Source: a virus. Taken from it: DNA of 64,000 bases. The DNA is taken from the IMG/VR virus record IMGVR_UViG_3300037461_000409, positions 1 to 64,000 of that record; one strand, given 5' to 3'. A program made the position numbers and the translations under genes. Positions 44,817 to 56,900 of this stretch are shown here, piece by piece (position 1 is the stretch's first letter; each line of letters starts with the position of its first letter). Under the pieces are notes generated by a model, which saw only the letters and a list, made by a program, of their open reading frames with translations, ran no database searches and was not told the DNA's origin.

Positions 44817-46625
44817 CTACACCACCGGATAGGGTTGAGCCCACTGGTAGGTGAAATTGACCCTGATCCAGTGGATGCGGCAGTCCTTGGCCTCGGCCGT
44901 CGGGCTGACAAAAGAGAGTACCAGCTGGTCCGTGTGTTGATCCATCGTTCGATCCGCGGCGTCTGCGTCACAGGTGAAGCGCATGATGTTCGTGTTCGAG
45001 ATAGAGCCGTAGGCCCACTCTATGAACTGCTGTGTGGAGTTGAGATTCTTGAAGTCCGTGACATCTGACAGCGCGGGCTTATCTCCGACGGCCGTGAACC
45101 CCATCCGGTGCAGCTGGGCGTGCATTCGCATGTTGTTGCCGCTGCTGACTTCCCCCCCGTCCTGGGTCCACATGACATCGATGTAGTTGATGATCGCTCC
45201 GTCGGGCAAGTTGATGAAGAACCGACAGGCTTTGGACATGACGTTGCAGTTGTAGAGCTCGGCCTCGCTGTCGGTGGGAGACGTGTCGCTGAGCAGCACC
45301 CACCCGTCGGCGCTGGACCGGACATCGGCAGCCCATTGCAGCGGGATCACGGTCGTGACGGTCTTGGTTTCCCACAGCGAGAACCCATTTTTTGCGAACA
45401 CCGCCCCCTGCTCGGCCGCGATCCCCCGGGCGATAGCCGATGAGCCCATGCGGATCACCACCTCGTCCGTGCCTCCCCAGTTCAACGTGCGTTTCCCGAA
45501 GTTGGTGTTCGACAGCTCGGTCGCGTCGATAAAGGAGTTGCCGAAGTAGGTCAAGGACATCGTGTCGCCATTGGCCCCGAACCCCTCGTCATCCCCGCGA
45601 GGATCCATCACCAGGTACCCGTAGCGCTTCCCAGCGTCCTCGTAGAACGCGAACTTGGCCACGGGCGTGTCAGTCACGTAGTCACTGCCCCAGAATGCTA
45701 TCGCTGGGGCATAGGCCAGGTGGAGATTGGCCGTGGCCTGCATCTTCACCGAGTCGACCGTGTTGTGCAGCGTCACCTGCTTGTGCGCGCCCGGCACCGC
45801 GGCCCCCGGCCCGAAATGTTCCACTCCAGCGCTTTCGAGGTCGATGGCCGGCAGCTTCACATGCGAGACGTTGCTGCCGTTGTCGATAATCTCCCCGAGC
45901 TGGCGACGGACCATCTGGGACCACAGGTGCAGGTCGCCCAGGCCGTAGGTCGCCCGGTCGGCATTCCGGTCGTTCGTCCCGTCGCCCCACTCCTGCTCAT
46001 AAGGGCCATCGGCCGTCGCGGCACTGCCCTCGAAGAAGAAGTGCCGGTAGTCCGCCAGGGCGCTGATCACGGGACCGGATGCAATTGTGACGCGGTAGAC
46101 GCGGAACCACTCGCCGTTGCCCGGCGGGGCCAGCGCCGCTGCCTGATAGACTGCCTCCCACGTTGCTTCCTTCTGGGTGTAGACCGTGTCCACCTCTTCA
46201 GCCGCGGGCGATCCCACGGGGTTCCAGAAAATGCGGTTTTCGCGGCTGGAATCGGCCTGGACGTAGCGGACGTAGACATCGTAGTTGCCGACGCTGGCCG
46301 TGGAAAAGTCCAGGGTGTAGCTATCGGGGCTGGAGTCGCCATGGACCACCCCAAACTCCAGGTCCGCCCCGTTCAACAGCCCCAGGATCGCCTTGCCCGA
46401 AGACAGCACCAGCGTCGTGCCGGTCCCAAGCCCGCCGGGCACGGTCCCGGAGAACCCGGAGAGAACCCTCGCCTCGTGAGCCGCGGCGCTTCCGGTGGAA
46501 CGCCCTCGGGGAAGGATCAGACACCGGGTCGCCCGGGCCATATCCTGCTCCACCAGCTGGCCGGTCGCGAGCTCCAGGTCGGACAGCTGCACTCGCTCGT
46601 TTGGGTACCATTGGATGTGGTCCAT
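44817..46625 (-). CDS. Virion structural (baseplate/tail-fibre attachment) protein
   Basis: N-terminal W..NERV...DL pattern, position in the tail module. Confidence 0.6.
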   Translation of the reverse strand: MDHIQWYPNERVQLSDLELATGQLVEQDMARATRCLILPRGRSTGSAAAHEARVLSGFSGTVPGGLGTGTTLVLSSGKAILGLLNGADLEFGVVHGDSSPDSYTLDFSTASVGNYDVYVRYVQADSSRENRIFWNPVGSPAAEEVDTVYTQKEATWEAVYQAAALAPPGNGEWFRVYRVTIASGPVISALADYRHFFFEGSAATADGPYEQEWGDGTNDRNADRATYGLGDLHLWSQMVRRQLGEIIDNGSNVSHVKLPAIDLESAGVEHFGPGAAVPGAHKQVTLHNTVDSVKMQATANLHLAYAPAIAFWGSDYVTDTPVAKFAFYEDAGKRYGYLVMDPRGDDEGFGANGDTMSLTYFGNSFIDATELSNTNFGKRTLNWGGTDEVVIRMGSSAIARGIAAEQGAVFAKNGFSLWETKTVTTVIPLQWAADVRSSADGWVLLSDTSPTDSEAELYNCNVMSKACRFFINLPDGAIINYIDVMWTQDGGEVSSGNNMRMHAQLHRMGFTAVGDKPALSDVTDFKNLNSTQQFIEWAYGSISNTNIMRFTCDADAADRTMDQHTDQLVLSFVSPTAEAKDCRIHWIRVNFTYQWAQPYPVV

Positions 46626-46636
46626 GGATGCTCCTC

Positions 46637-49153
46637 TTATCCCTCGTCGCCGCGCTGGGTGATGCCGTACCGCGGAATAACCCCAGCAGCCACGATAGCG
46701 TCAATGATCTCCCTGGTCAGCCGATCCACGTCCGCCAGGTACATGGGGTAGTAGATTTCTCCGACGGTCCCGCCCGCTCCGTCGTTGTGAACAAACTCGT
46801 CGAGCAGCACCTGCGCTGATGGGATGGTCGTGTAGGCCACTCGCACGGGAGTGGCCGCCGCCGGCAAGGCATCGCGCACGGTGATGTTCGATGTGGCGTA
46901 GGATGCCGTACCGACCACCTCGAACATCAGACCCGATTCTGCCACCATCTGCGATTCGTCGAACGACCAGTCAAGCCCGGTCTCGGTGACGAACCCGCCG
47001 GCCTTGAACACCACGGCCGTGTACTCGTCCTGGATTGCCACCACCCAATAGCTGCCGTTGTTCGACGGCGTGGCACTGCTGCCGGCGATCTTGATGTACT
47101 TATTCGCGTCCCTGTCGGTCAGCCGCGGGTGACGTAGGATGATCCGGCTGATCGTGTCGTCCCCGGTCTCGACCTTGGCCTCGTCCGCCCGGACTTCCCC
47201 GACAAGATCCAGCTGGCCGGCCCCCACGTAACTGGCCAGCCACACCCCATCGTTCTGGTTCCAGTCCTGGGAGTACACCGCCACACGCCGGCCATCATCG
47301 TCGGCGGTGAACGGGCTGGACGCGCTGGAAAGAGATGACCCGGGCATCCCGATCACTCCATCGGCGCGCCGGACGTTCGTCCACTCGCGGTCGTTTGCTG
47401 ACCAGATTCGCAGACCATCCCACTGGCAGGTCCACGTCTGGTTGTCGCCGTTGTTGACGTAGCCGAAGCTGAACAGCGTGTCCGAGGAAGCCCCAAAGTC
47501 ATCCCACGGGACAGACAGGGCCGTCCGGCCATCGATGTTCGCCCGCACCACGCCCTTGGCGCACTCGATTTCGATCCGATGCCAGTCGGTGGCATCACCC
47601 CACGTCCAGTCAACGGTGTCCAGCGCCACCTCGGCCACGCTGCCCAGAGATACCTCGTTCTCGAAGTCCCAGAACAGGCACACCTCGCGCTCGCCGTCGC
47701 ACACGATCAGCTTCCAGGGCGCCCCGGCCGAGGCCGTGTGAGAGTCGATGCGCCACCAAACGCCGAGCTTCCACTGACCAGGACCGATCCACGCGATCTC
47801 CCGCTCGTACCGACCGCCGTTCGCCGTCCCGCCCGCCTGAGCCTGCACGAGCAGGCCACCCGACACAGAGAACACTGACCCCTCGGCAGCCCCCTCGTTT
47901 TGGTAGGCCCACGCGGGATCCGCGGCGCTGGGCAGGACCGTCATCGCCAGCTCCTGCAGGACATCACCGACCCTGATCGAACAGATGGTGGTCGGGTCGG
48001 ATGTCACGGGGATGGTGTTGGCGTCGGAGCTGGTCGGCCACAGCACCTCTTCCAGGAATGCTTTGCCCTCGTAGACCTCAGACACCTCCATGACCGGGGT
48101 ATCGATGAACACCTCACATGGATGCCCCACCAGATCCTCGTAGACCGACCATCCTCCCTCTGGGAACAACGCGGCCATCGCGAGCTCCAGCGCGTAGACC
48201 GGCGTCTTCGCCAGGTAGGGCAGCACCATCAGCAGTCGACGCCAGGTCTCATCCGGGCAGCCGCGCGGCCTGGAGAGCCCGTGGCGACGGGCGATGCGGT
48301 CGAGCTCCTCGCCCTCGGCATAGTCGACTTGAAGCGCCCGGCGCAGCCTATCCAGGCCGGAGTAGCCTTCGCCTCCGTCGTAGACCTCGGCGTCCTCCGG
48401 ATGCAGCCGCGCGAGGTAGCCGTCCTCGTCGTAGGTCTTCATCCGCCACCACACGCCGCTCTCGCTGGTCACGAAGGCCGGCCCGGCCAGGTCGACGGTT
48501 TTGTCATCCACGACGGTAGCGATCACGCGCCAGCCGGCGTTGTCCACCGCCCCGTTCGCCATGGGCAAGATCCACAAGGACTTCCCCGTGTCGCCAGACG
48601 CGAAGGTGCCTGCGGCCTTCACCACCAGGCGCTGGGGTGACGCGGGGTCGATCTCGCCATCCACCCCGCTAACGTCCGGCCCAAGGCCAATGAACTCCTG
48701 CGCCCCGGGAAGCACGACCGTTCCGCAGTAGGGCGTGGACAAGCTCTCGTTGTCGATCCACAGCCGAAGGTTTCGGTCGCGAGTCGCGAAGTCGAGCGCG
48801 CTCTCAACCTGAATGCTAGACCATCGCCAGCGCACGTCGGTGCTGCCAATCCAGACCGGCGCGGTACCAGCAACGTCCACGACCTCCACCGACCCCGGAT
48901 CGTTGAACGTGGCCACCCGGAAGGTCCCGCGGTTGGGCAGGGTCAAGATGTCCAACAGGCGACCCACGTCGCTGGCTGCGAAAGCGTTGATGGTTCGGCT
49001 TTGCAGGTGCCCGGGCGTGATCGCCGAGAGCTCTGCGTCGTCCCCCCCGTAATTGGTCGCCTTGCGCAGCCGGGTGACCAACATCCCGCCGATCTCGTTG
49101 TCCGACTCGGCGACGGCTTCGATGGTTGCCGGCAGAAGGTTTTTGGTCGTCAT
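46637..49153 (-). CDS. Baseplate wedge/tail protein with lectin-like (LamG) insert
   Basis: AEGEELDRIARRHGLSRP....DE.WRR, DWHRIEIE....V..NIDG, terminal IVAAGV. Confidence 0.65.
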   Translation of the reverse strand: MTTKNLLPATIEAVAESDNEIGGMLVTRLRKATNYGGDDAELSAITPGHLQSRTINAFAASDVGRLLDILTLPNRGTFRVATFNDPGSVEVVDVAGTAPVWIGSTDVRWRWSSIQVESALDFATRDRNLRLWIDNESLSTPYCGTVVLPGAQEFIGLGPDVSGVDGEIDPASPQRLVVKAAGTFASGDTGKSLWILPMANGAVDNAGWRVIATVVDDKTVDLAGPAFVTSESGVWWRMKTYDEDGYLARLHPEDAEVYDGGEGYSGLDRLRRALQVDYAEGEELDRIARRHGLSRPRGCPDETWRRLLMVLPYLAKTPVYALELAMAALFPEGGWSVYEDLVGHPCEVFIDTPVMEVSEVYEGKAFLEEVLWPTSSDANTIPVTSDPTTICSIRVGDVLQELAMTVLPSAADPAWAYQNEGAAEGSVFSVSGGLLVQAQAGGTANGGRYEREIAWIGPGQWKLGVWWRIDSHTASAGAPWKLIVCDGEREVCLFWDFENEVSLGSVAEVALDTVDWTWGDATDWHRIEIECAKGVVRANIDGRTALSVPWDDFGASSDTLFSFGYVNNGDNQTWTCQWDGLRIWSANDREWTNVRRADGVIGMPGSSLSSASSPFTADDDGRRVAVYSQDWNQNDGVWLASYVGAGQLDLVGEVRADEAKVETGDDTISRIILRHPRLTDRDANKYIKIAGSSATPSNNGSYWVVAIQDEYTAVVFKAGGFVTETGLDWSFDESQMVAESGLMFEVVGTASYATSNITVRDALPAAATPVRVAYTTIPSAQVLLDEFVHNDGAGGTVGEIYYPMYLADVDRLTREIIDAIVAAGVIPRYGITQRGDEG

Positions 49154-49515
49154 TGTCGTGGCTCGCTGTTGAAGTTCCGTGCTCCCACCCCAAACTCCGG
49201 CGGAAACGATCTGCGGATGCGCTGGAGCTTGACTGGCCAGGATCTCTCGCAGACATCGACGAGGATGCTGTCGGAGTCCACTCCGTCTGTGATCTCCAGG
49301 GACACCTCTCCCTTTGGCACCGGGGGCGCCACGCACAGCAGAACCGCCCCATCATCGGACATGGGAGCATATCCTCGGCCAGTCCCGCCGTGACATCGCT
49401 GACCAGAGAGCTCGACCGTCAAGGGGGTGGAGACCGGGAATTCACCGGAAACGACGATCAGATCGCCGCCGGCCATCGAGAACGCGCTGGGAGAACAGGC
49501 GTCGATGCGGATCAT
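49150..49515 (-). CDS. IPT/TIG-like virion protein
   Basis: I..CSP.....GGDLIVVSGEF...CVAPP. Confidence 0.55.
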   Translation of the reverse strand: MIRIDACSPSAFSMAGGDLIVVSGEFPVSTPLTVELSGQRCHGGTGRGYAPMSDDGAVLLCVAPPVPKGEVSLEITDGVDSDSILVDVCERSWPVKLQRIRRSFPPEFGVGARNFNSEPRQ

Positions 49516-50045
49516 CGGAGCACCCCCTGGCGAGCGTACCACGGGGCGAAGTTGGCCAGCATCGACCGCATCCGCGAGCGCCTGGTGCGCTCTACCACGG
49601 CGATCTCGGCGTCGAGCGGGATTACGATGTCACCGACCTCCAGCGTCACGTATGCCTGTCCCACCGGCGTTGGCGGGGTCCAGATCGTGACCTCGGCCGT
49701 GGGGGCAATCCGCTCGTAACCATACCCCTGTCCGCAGTAGCACAGCGGGTCATCTACCGTGTGGAGCGCGCCGAAGTGGAAGCGCACGGTGTCCGATGAA
49801 CTCCATGGCCCGCGAATTGTGATGGGATCTCCTCCGGCGTCGGAAATGATCTGGGGATAGACCAGCAGCTCCGGCGCCAGCACCGCGCAGTTTCCGTACC
49901 GAACCTGCCCGTAGGGGCTCCGTCCATATCGGCACGAACTGTCGCCCGGGTCATACGGTACCGGCGGGGGTGGTGAGACCTCCACGTCGAACTCGGCGTA
50001 GTCGACCCCAAGAGAACTGGCGATGTAGATCCTGATGATAGCCAT
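49512..50045 (-). CDS. IPT/TIG-like virion protein (paralogue of neighbour)
   Basis: P.II...GGDPITIRG..CY.GQGYG..TPP.P.G. Confidence 0.55.
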   Translation of the reverse strand: MAIIRIYIASSLGVDYAEFDVEVSPPPPVPYDPGDSSCRYGRSPYGQVRYGNCAVLAPELLVYPQIISDAGGDPITIRGPWSSSDTVRFHFGALHTVDDPLCYCGQGYGYERIAPTAEVTIWTPPTPVGQAYVTLEVGDIVIPLDAEIAVVERTRRSRMRSMLANFAPWYARQGVLR

Positions 50046-50047
50046 GA

Positions 50048-52042
50048 TCAGGCCGCCATGCTGACGACGGGACCACCCATCTTGGATGTCACGTCCTCGC
50101 TTCCAACAAGCTCGCCCGTGCTGTGGTTGACCAGGTGAACGTAGTAGTTCGTACCATCGCGCACCGCAAACGAGAACAGCTGGTAGACGCCGTCCGTGTG
50201 CGGCACGGTCACGGCGTCCACCCGGTCGTAGTCGATCTCCAGCTCAACCGCCGCACCGCTTCCAACCTTGCCATAGGCGAGTTGCCATTGCGGCGTCTCA
50301 TCCAACCAGTTGATGAGGTAGACCCCCTCGGTCGCGGCCATGATCATCAAGAATGGAGTGATGAAGGCCGGTATGAATTGCGCGCGAGATCCGAACGGGA
50401 GGCTGACAGAGCTGCGCGTGCCGGGGGTGATGATCGCCAACTCAGCCGACCAGGACCCGCCGGACACTGAAAGCCCGCTTTTCCAGGCAGCAGCTCGGTA
50501 GGTCTTGGTTGCCGACTGGTAATAGAGCACCCCCGTCTGCGGCTCGATGCCCACCCACAGGATGGTCTCGACCTCGGAACTGACCCCATACTTTGGCCGG
50601 GCATATCCTCCGCTGTCTTCCAAGTACCAGCGGGTGCAAGATGCCGCCCAAACCCCGCCCTGCTCTATCAGTGAGCCGTATGAGACAATTCGCTGGTGAC
50701 CCGCCGCCCACACCAGCTGGTCGCCGAGCTGCCCGCAGTCGACGCAGGTACATGACCGGCTGCGCAGCTGATAGCCAGGAATCGAAATGCCACCGCCCCA
50801 CGCCGTGTAACCGCCCCAGCCAGATCCGCCGATGTTTCGCTGCTGCCACCTCCCGTAGCTTGTGGTCCGAATCGGCGACGTGTTGTACCCGATGAACCAC
50901 GGGCCATCAGGATTGTACCCACGCTTGAAGGCCCCCGGCGCTCCGCTCCCCCACGCGGACTCCAACAGGCGCGTGTCGTCCAAGGTCAGGTCAGACAGGA
51001 TGGCCGTGCGCAGCGCATAGTTCGGCGCGCCCCCGGTGTTGCATGTCAGCAGACAGCCGTCCTTGAATGCTGACATGACCCCGTACTGAGGAAGGGTTCG
51101 ACCGAAGCCGGAGATCTTTCGCGACCAGAGTTTGGCGTCTTCCGGATCTTCGACGCCGATCAAGTTGACGCTGCTGTCTCCAGTCACTACCAGCACCCTG
51201 TCAGGTACTGCCACCTGAAGCCCGCGGTGGGCGTTACTGGACTCGCGCGACCAAGCGGCGCCTTCCAGGATGGTTCCCTCGGCCACGGCGGCTGTGACTT
51301 GCCAGGCGGTCGTCACCCATCCATACCAGCTTTGCCATGGCTCAACGCCCAACTCAATCCATGCCGGTCCTGACAAGCCGACATGCGTCCTGGTGCTCAG
51401 CAGCCGCTTCACCGCAGAGCGGTCCCATCCGTACACACTGACCGTGTTTCCCACCCTCTCGATCTGAGCGTGGACCTCTCTCCACGATGCGTAGCAAGCG
51501 CCGGTGTTGAACGGGTCGTAATTCAACTGCACACGCCCGTTGAGCGACTGACCAGCGTAGGAGGCGGCGCACCGAATTTCGGCGTAGTCTCCAGCGGTCA
51601 TGAACACGCGACAGAGACAACCGGTGTTGTCATGCCACCACTTGGCGGTCAGGCTGGTCCAGTTCACATCGATCAGAAAGTCACCGTCCACCCACCAGCG
51701 ATGGGAAGATGAGATGAACTTGGATTGCCCGCACTTGCCCTGGAAGGTGACAGTGCCTTCACCAATGGCCGAGAGTCCCGTTGACTTGGAGTAGAAGCCA
51801 AACGGCTCTTGAGCCACGAGGCTGTGCCGCCGGTTGTTCATTGGCCCTTGCCCGCACGCGACCCCGCCATCGTAGATCTGGCCATCCCTACCGATGCCGG
51901 TCCCGATGAACTCGGGCGAGTCCGGATCCCACATTTCTCCAGCCACCTTGCGCACCGCGATGTGTCGCACGTTAGAACCGTAGACGAACTCCTTGCCATC
52001 GGTGTCGTACTGGCCGGATCTCCAACGCGGGGCCATTGTCAT
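50048..52042 (-). CDS. Putative tail/receptor-binding protein
   Basis: G/S/W/Y-rich beta protein in the tail module. Confidence 0.55.
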   Translation of the reverse strand: MTMAPRWRSGQYDTDGKEFVYGSNVRHIAVRKVAGEMWDPDSPEFIGTGIGRDGQIYDGGVACGQGPMNNRRHSLVAQEPFGFYSKSTGLSAIGEGTVTFQGKCGQSKFISSSHRWWVDGDFLIDVNWTSLTAKWWHDNTGCLCRVFMTAGDYAEIRCAASYAGQSLNGRVQLNYDPFNTGACYASWREVHAQIERVGNTVSVYGWDRSAVKRLLSTRTHVGLSGPAWIELGVEPWQSWYGWVTTAWQVTAAVAEGTILEGAAWSRESSNAHRGLQVAVPDRVLVVTGDSSVNLIGVEDPEDAKLWSRKISGFGRTLPQYGVMSAFKDGCLLTCNTGGAPNYALRTAILSDLTLDDTRLLESAWGSGAPGAFKRGYNPDGPWFIGYNTSPIRTTSYGRWQQRNIGGSGWGGYTAWGGGISIPGYQLRSRSCTCVDCGQLGDQLVWAAGHQRIVSYGSLIEQGGVWAASCTRWYLEDSGGYARPKYGVSSEVETILWVGIEPQTGVLYYQSATKTYRAAAWKSGLSVSGGSWSAELAIITPGTRSSVSLPFGSRAQFIPAFITPFLMIMAATEGVYLINWLDETPQWQLAYGKVGSGAAVELEIDYDRVDAVTVPHTDGVYQLFSFAVRDGTNYYVHLVNHSTGELVGSEDVTSKMGGPVVSMAA

Positions 52043-52942
52043 CTCCTCCGGGGCTTGCGTTCTTTCTTGGTCGGGATCAGGCCCGCGTCTCTGACCTTCC
52101 ACTCGGGGACATTGAAATCAAGCCGCAGCGAAATTCCATCTTCCTCGCCTTCCCACGATACCCGTAAACTTCCGTCTCCCCCCACTTGCAGAACCGATAC
52201 CCGCGTGCCCGCCGGCATCACTCGCCCGCAACTGAGCTCGACGCTGTCAACCAAAACCATCATTTTCCCACCCGCTGGCTGCAGCCCTTCCTCCATTTTC
52301 GGAATCTGCGATCCTGCAACCATGCCATCGACAACGGCACGACAACCGCGAGAAAAAACGCGCCCAGGGTAATCCATACAACCTTCCAGTCGTCGCTCAT
52401 TCGCCCTTCTCCTGGATGCTGCCTTCTACGATCTCGAAGTCCAGTCCCGGGTCGGTCGAGGTCTTCATCGCCATCTCCAAGTCTCTGACCACCTGCTCCA
52501 GCTCTATGATCCGTCTCCCTTGTTCGTTGCATCGCTTGACCAGCGTAGCCCGCTCCGACTGGTAGCACCGCAGCTGGTACTCCAGTTGCCGGCGGTGAGC
52601 CTGGCACAGCCCCAGGTCGTGACGAAGCCTGAGCACGTCCTCAACCAGGCTGTTGCGATCTCGGTCATCAGGCACAGCACCGTTCCAATGCCGCGTAGAT
52701 CCTTTGCCTGGCTTCCCCTGGAAGCAGGAGACACGGACCCAGATCGGACCGGTCAAACCGCACCTCGGCCTGCCGGCCTGTACCATCCACCCCCACCAGC
52801 GCCACTACCCCGTCCTCTTCGTCCGCCAACTCGGTCACCGCGTAGAGCTTCCCGTTGTCCGGCCAGACCCAACCTCCGGAGTTGGTGGAGGCGATACTGG
52901 GCAACCAATACTCGAAGATCCAGCGGTACCTGCTGTTCGTGG

Positions 52943-53521
52943 TCACAGCCCCAACCTCCGGTGCGTCTTGGCCATGGTGATCGTCCAGAACGGCTCGACG
53001 TGGTCCTTGGTGGTGTCCTCCGGAATCCCGAGCCGGGCCATCACCAGGTGCCCCAGCTCATGAAGTAGGGTATTGCGCCACTCCTCGCGAACCTGACCCG
53101 TACCAGCCACGCAGTGGGGCTCGGTTGGCCACTCCGAGGTGCAGATGGGCGGCCACCATCTGGAAACCCAGATGTCAGACCCACCGTAAGCGCAACCAGC
53201 CTTCCTGGCAGACTGGCCCTTGGGCCCGTATGGACCTCGCCCGCCGCATGTTTCGGGCTCATCGATCAGACAGACCCCGTTGCGCGTTCCGATCCTCCGC
53301 GTGGCCTCATCCACGGACTGGACATAGCCGTCCGCTTTCGCTGTCTCCAGAATGGCCGCCAGGTCCCTCTCAGCTTCCGCTACGACTTCTGCGCCGTTGG
53401 AGCACTTCTGCACGGTGTTGTGGGTCTGGTAGTCCTGCGCCCACGTCATCCTCCCGAGAGTCACGTACTTTGGGCAGGCGGCCAGCAGTGGCAGGATCAA
53501 CAGCAGAAGACACCTTGTCAT
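52943..53521 (-). CDS. Lipoprotein zincin metallopeptidase
   Basis: LLAAC lipobox, TLLHELGH...H...FW. Confidence 0.7.
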   Translation of the reverse strand: MTRCLLLLILPLLAACPKYVTLGRMTWAQDYQTHNTVQKCSNGAEVVAEAERDLAAILETAKADGYVQSVDEATRRIGTRNGVCLIDEPETCGGRGPYGPKGQSARKAGCAYGGSDIWVSRWWPPICTSEWPTEPHCVAGTGQVREEWRNTLLHELGHLVMARLGIPEDTTKDHVEPFWTITMAKTHRRLGL

Positions 53522-53620
53522 GACCAACTCCTCCAGCAAGGAAGCCAAGGACGAATCCGACCAGCAACGCCATGGGCGGTCCCAGCACCGCCAGCATGGC
53601 AAGGTCAGTGCAGTCCAACG

Positions 53621-53947
53621 TCAAGATGTCGCCCCAGTTCCCACCAGCCCTTCGGTCGCCATCAGGTCCCAGAGCTTGGCTTTGACCACCTCGTACAGCC
53701 CGCCGCTAACCTGAGAAGCAAACGCGGCGTCCAGGTTAGTGCCGGAGATGGTGTCCTCGAACACCTGCCCGACGTGGTAGGCGTCATTCTCGTCGACCCA
53801 CCCCTTGCACCATTTGACGACCAGGGTCGCAGCCTGGGTGTCAGGTGGAAGAGTCAGGCAGAGGCTCAGGATCTGGTACTTGTCCAGCTCCTTCTCGGTT
53901 GCCACAGCGACCGTCTCGGTCGGTGGTACAGTCGGTGTGTACGGCAT
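53621..53947 (-). CDS. Putative tail fibre assembly chaperone
   Basis: Small acidic ORF directly after the fibre gene. Confidence 0.45.
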   Translation of the reverse strand: MPYTPTVPPTETVAVATEKELDKYQILSLCLTLPPDTQAATLVVKWCKGWVDENDAYHVGQVFEDTISGTNLDAAFASQVSGGLYEVVKAKLWDLMATEGLVGTGATS

Positions 53948-53959
53948 GGTCCATGTCTC

Positions 53960-56900
53960 CTATGCCAGGTACTGGTCGACCCAGCCCCTGACCGAGATGC
54001 GCCCGCTGTTGCAGGAGACGGTGCGCTGGTAGTAGATCGTCTTCGGAGTGCTCGGAGTCGGGATCATCCCGACAACCGTGTCACCACCGTAGGTGGCATC
54101 TCCGCTGGCGGCGCGTAGCTGCCATTGGTCGTTCGCCCCTCCGCTTCCCTGCTGACCATCGACCCAGATGTAGCCGAGGCCGATACCTCCGGCCGACTGG
54201 TAGAACATGAACAGGTCAGCCAACGAGGCGGTCACCGGGATGTACGCCGCAAGCGAGGCGGACACTGGCGAGCCATCAGTACCAGACGCCAGGGTGACCG
54301 CCTGCTGTTGCTGCGCGAAGTACGTTGTCGATCCCGTCTGGTAGAACGGGATGATGTTGGACGAGCCATCGTTCCGGAACGCGCCAAGGTACTTCCAGTT
54401 GGTGTATCCAGTTGGACCTGTTGCAGGTCCAGTCACGCTGGCTCGGACGGACAGCTGGTTGTCATCGCCCGTCTTTGGCACGGCATAGAGATAGTACCAG
54501 GTCGAGCTGGCTTCGCTCCCGGTGTCCAGCCCCAGGTCAGCCACGCCGTTAGCGAATGCCCAAGCGAGCGTGCCGCTGAAATACCTCTGCTTGGCATCCT
54601 GGAGCGTAAGCAGCACCGTCGACGGAGCCCCGGCTGCAGCAGCGACGTTGACTGCTCCGGCGGCAGAGTAGGTCAAGGTCGGGAGCTTGGTGTCCGGCGT
54701 GTACTTGCCAGCGATCTGCGCCGTTGGATTCAGCAGGTACTTGTCCTGATAGCCACGTATGGTTACTGCGTAGTCCAGCGATCCAGAACCAGAGTGGCGC
54801 ATGGTCCAGATGGAGATAGTCCCATCAAACAACGGCACGATGTTCCTGGTGCCACCACACTGAACGTCGTTGTTCAGCGCCCCGAGAGACCAGGTGCGAT
54901 CGTTGTAGGCAGAGCCAGGAGTATACCCAGGAGGGTTCCCTGGCTCGACCCAGGCGATCCACCCGTCAGTGCCGTCTGCGTCCATGAACGCCTGGGCTTC
55001 GACGGCTCCAGCCATCGCAGCGGGAACCGCAGTGGCAAGCTGAGTGCTGCGGTCCACCCACGCTCCTGTTTGGGCGCCAGCGGTGACTGAGTACAGCTCC
55101 ATCTCCGAATCGGTGTTGGGCTCGAAGTAGAACCAGTCCTTGGCCTGCCAGAACTTGCGGAGGTTGCTGCTGGCGTTGTTCCTGACGGCCCCGATGTACC
55201 TCCAGATGGGATACCCGGTCGGACCACCACCGGCCGGAGACGCGACCGATCCCACGATTGACATCTGACCAGCTACGGCAGACGGCACGAGGTAGAGGTA
55301 GTACCAGGTGCTGGCCGCCTCGCTCCCAGTGTCCAGTCCCCCAAGTCCCGAGACTGTGATGTCCCAGGTGAGCGGAGCGGCAGCCGTGTACCTGGCCCCA
55401 TTGTTCAGGCAGGCTCGCAACTCGGTCGAGCAGCCAGGCTGTGCCGCAATCTGGATCGTGCTGTTCGAGGCCCAGACCAGACGGGGGACGTTCTCCTCCC
55501 GCACGTAGCCACCACGCCACTGCGTGATCGAAGCTCTTGTGGGAGTAACTGAGCCGTAGGTGGTAGTGATCCCGGAACTGCTGTCCATGTTGCGGAAGGA
55601 GAACTCGATAGTGTGCGATCCGGCGGATAGTCCGGACACGATCCATGCCGGCTCGAAGTTGTACGAACCGCTGACCGAGTGCAGCCACCACTGAGCTACA
55701 TGAACCCAACTCCCGCTGTCGATCCTGTAGTAGATGCCTGCAGTGCGGTTGGCCGTTCCAGCGATGATGGCATTCAGGGCCACCGCGACACTCTCACCAA
55801 CCAGGGTGTAGAAGGTCGTGGTCAAGCCAGAGTAGATCAGGTAGGTCGTGGTGTCGTTCGGTAAGCTGCGGTCAACTGGGTCCGTCTTGGAGTAGCAGAT
55901 CGCCCCATCGGCCCCAGTTAGGCTGACCTTGGCTGTACCCCCGACATTGGTGACCTGGCATCCTGGCCCGGTGAAGTCGAACGCCGCGGGCGTGTCAATG
56001 ACCTGGGCCCCGTCCTTGCGAACAGGAACCAACCCACCGCGGAAGCTCGTGACGATCAGGAACGTGGACGCATTGTCCGGCGTGCCTTTGACCGAGAAGT
56101 TCCCGTCTCCAGATGAGCTCTTATACGCTTTCAACTTGATGGTGTGCGAGCCAGCAGCCAGCGGACCGGACACCCACGAACACGATATGTTCTGCGATCT
56201 GGTTCCATCGCTGTGGAAGAACGTGTTGTTCGCGGTAGACCCATCAATGTCGATGGCGATGTTGCCGGTTGTCGCGGCAGCCGGGGTCAGCCCGACCGAG
56301 AATACGATCTTCACCCGCTCGTTTGTCGTGGTTATGACAGTAGCGGTCATGCCGGTCAGGTCAGTGAACGTAGGAGACGCACTGCTAACCACCTGGGCTG
56401 CGTCTGCCTTGTTGACCACCGTATCGAGCGTGCCGCCAGCTCCAGAACCGGACACCAGCGTCAGGGTCGTCGTGAAGTCACCCACTGCCGCTGATGCCGT
56501 CCCGCGCACGATCAGAGTCGTGCCGGATGTTTCCTTGGCATAGGCTTTCAGCGTGTGGTTCCCCGCCGACAGCACGACCGTCCCGGAGAACTTCGGGCTC
56601 TGGTAGACCGACCCCGATGTACGGAACTGCCACGCGGCGTTGTAGCCGATGTACTGTTCATCGGCCGTTCCCTCGTCGAACACCAGCTTGACCTGACCCG
56701 TGGTATTGGAACTGCTGTCGAGAAAGTTGTTCCCAGTCCACTGTACCAGGTACGTTCCGGTTGAGTTGACTGCGAACGCCAGCGATCCAGCGGACGGCAT
56801 GAACTGCGTGTCGCCACTGCCAATCGCAACATCAGAGGCGGGCTGGGGCCCCACGACCACCACCGCCTGCCCCGAAGCGGTCAACGCCTCGTTCATCTCG

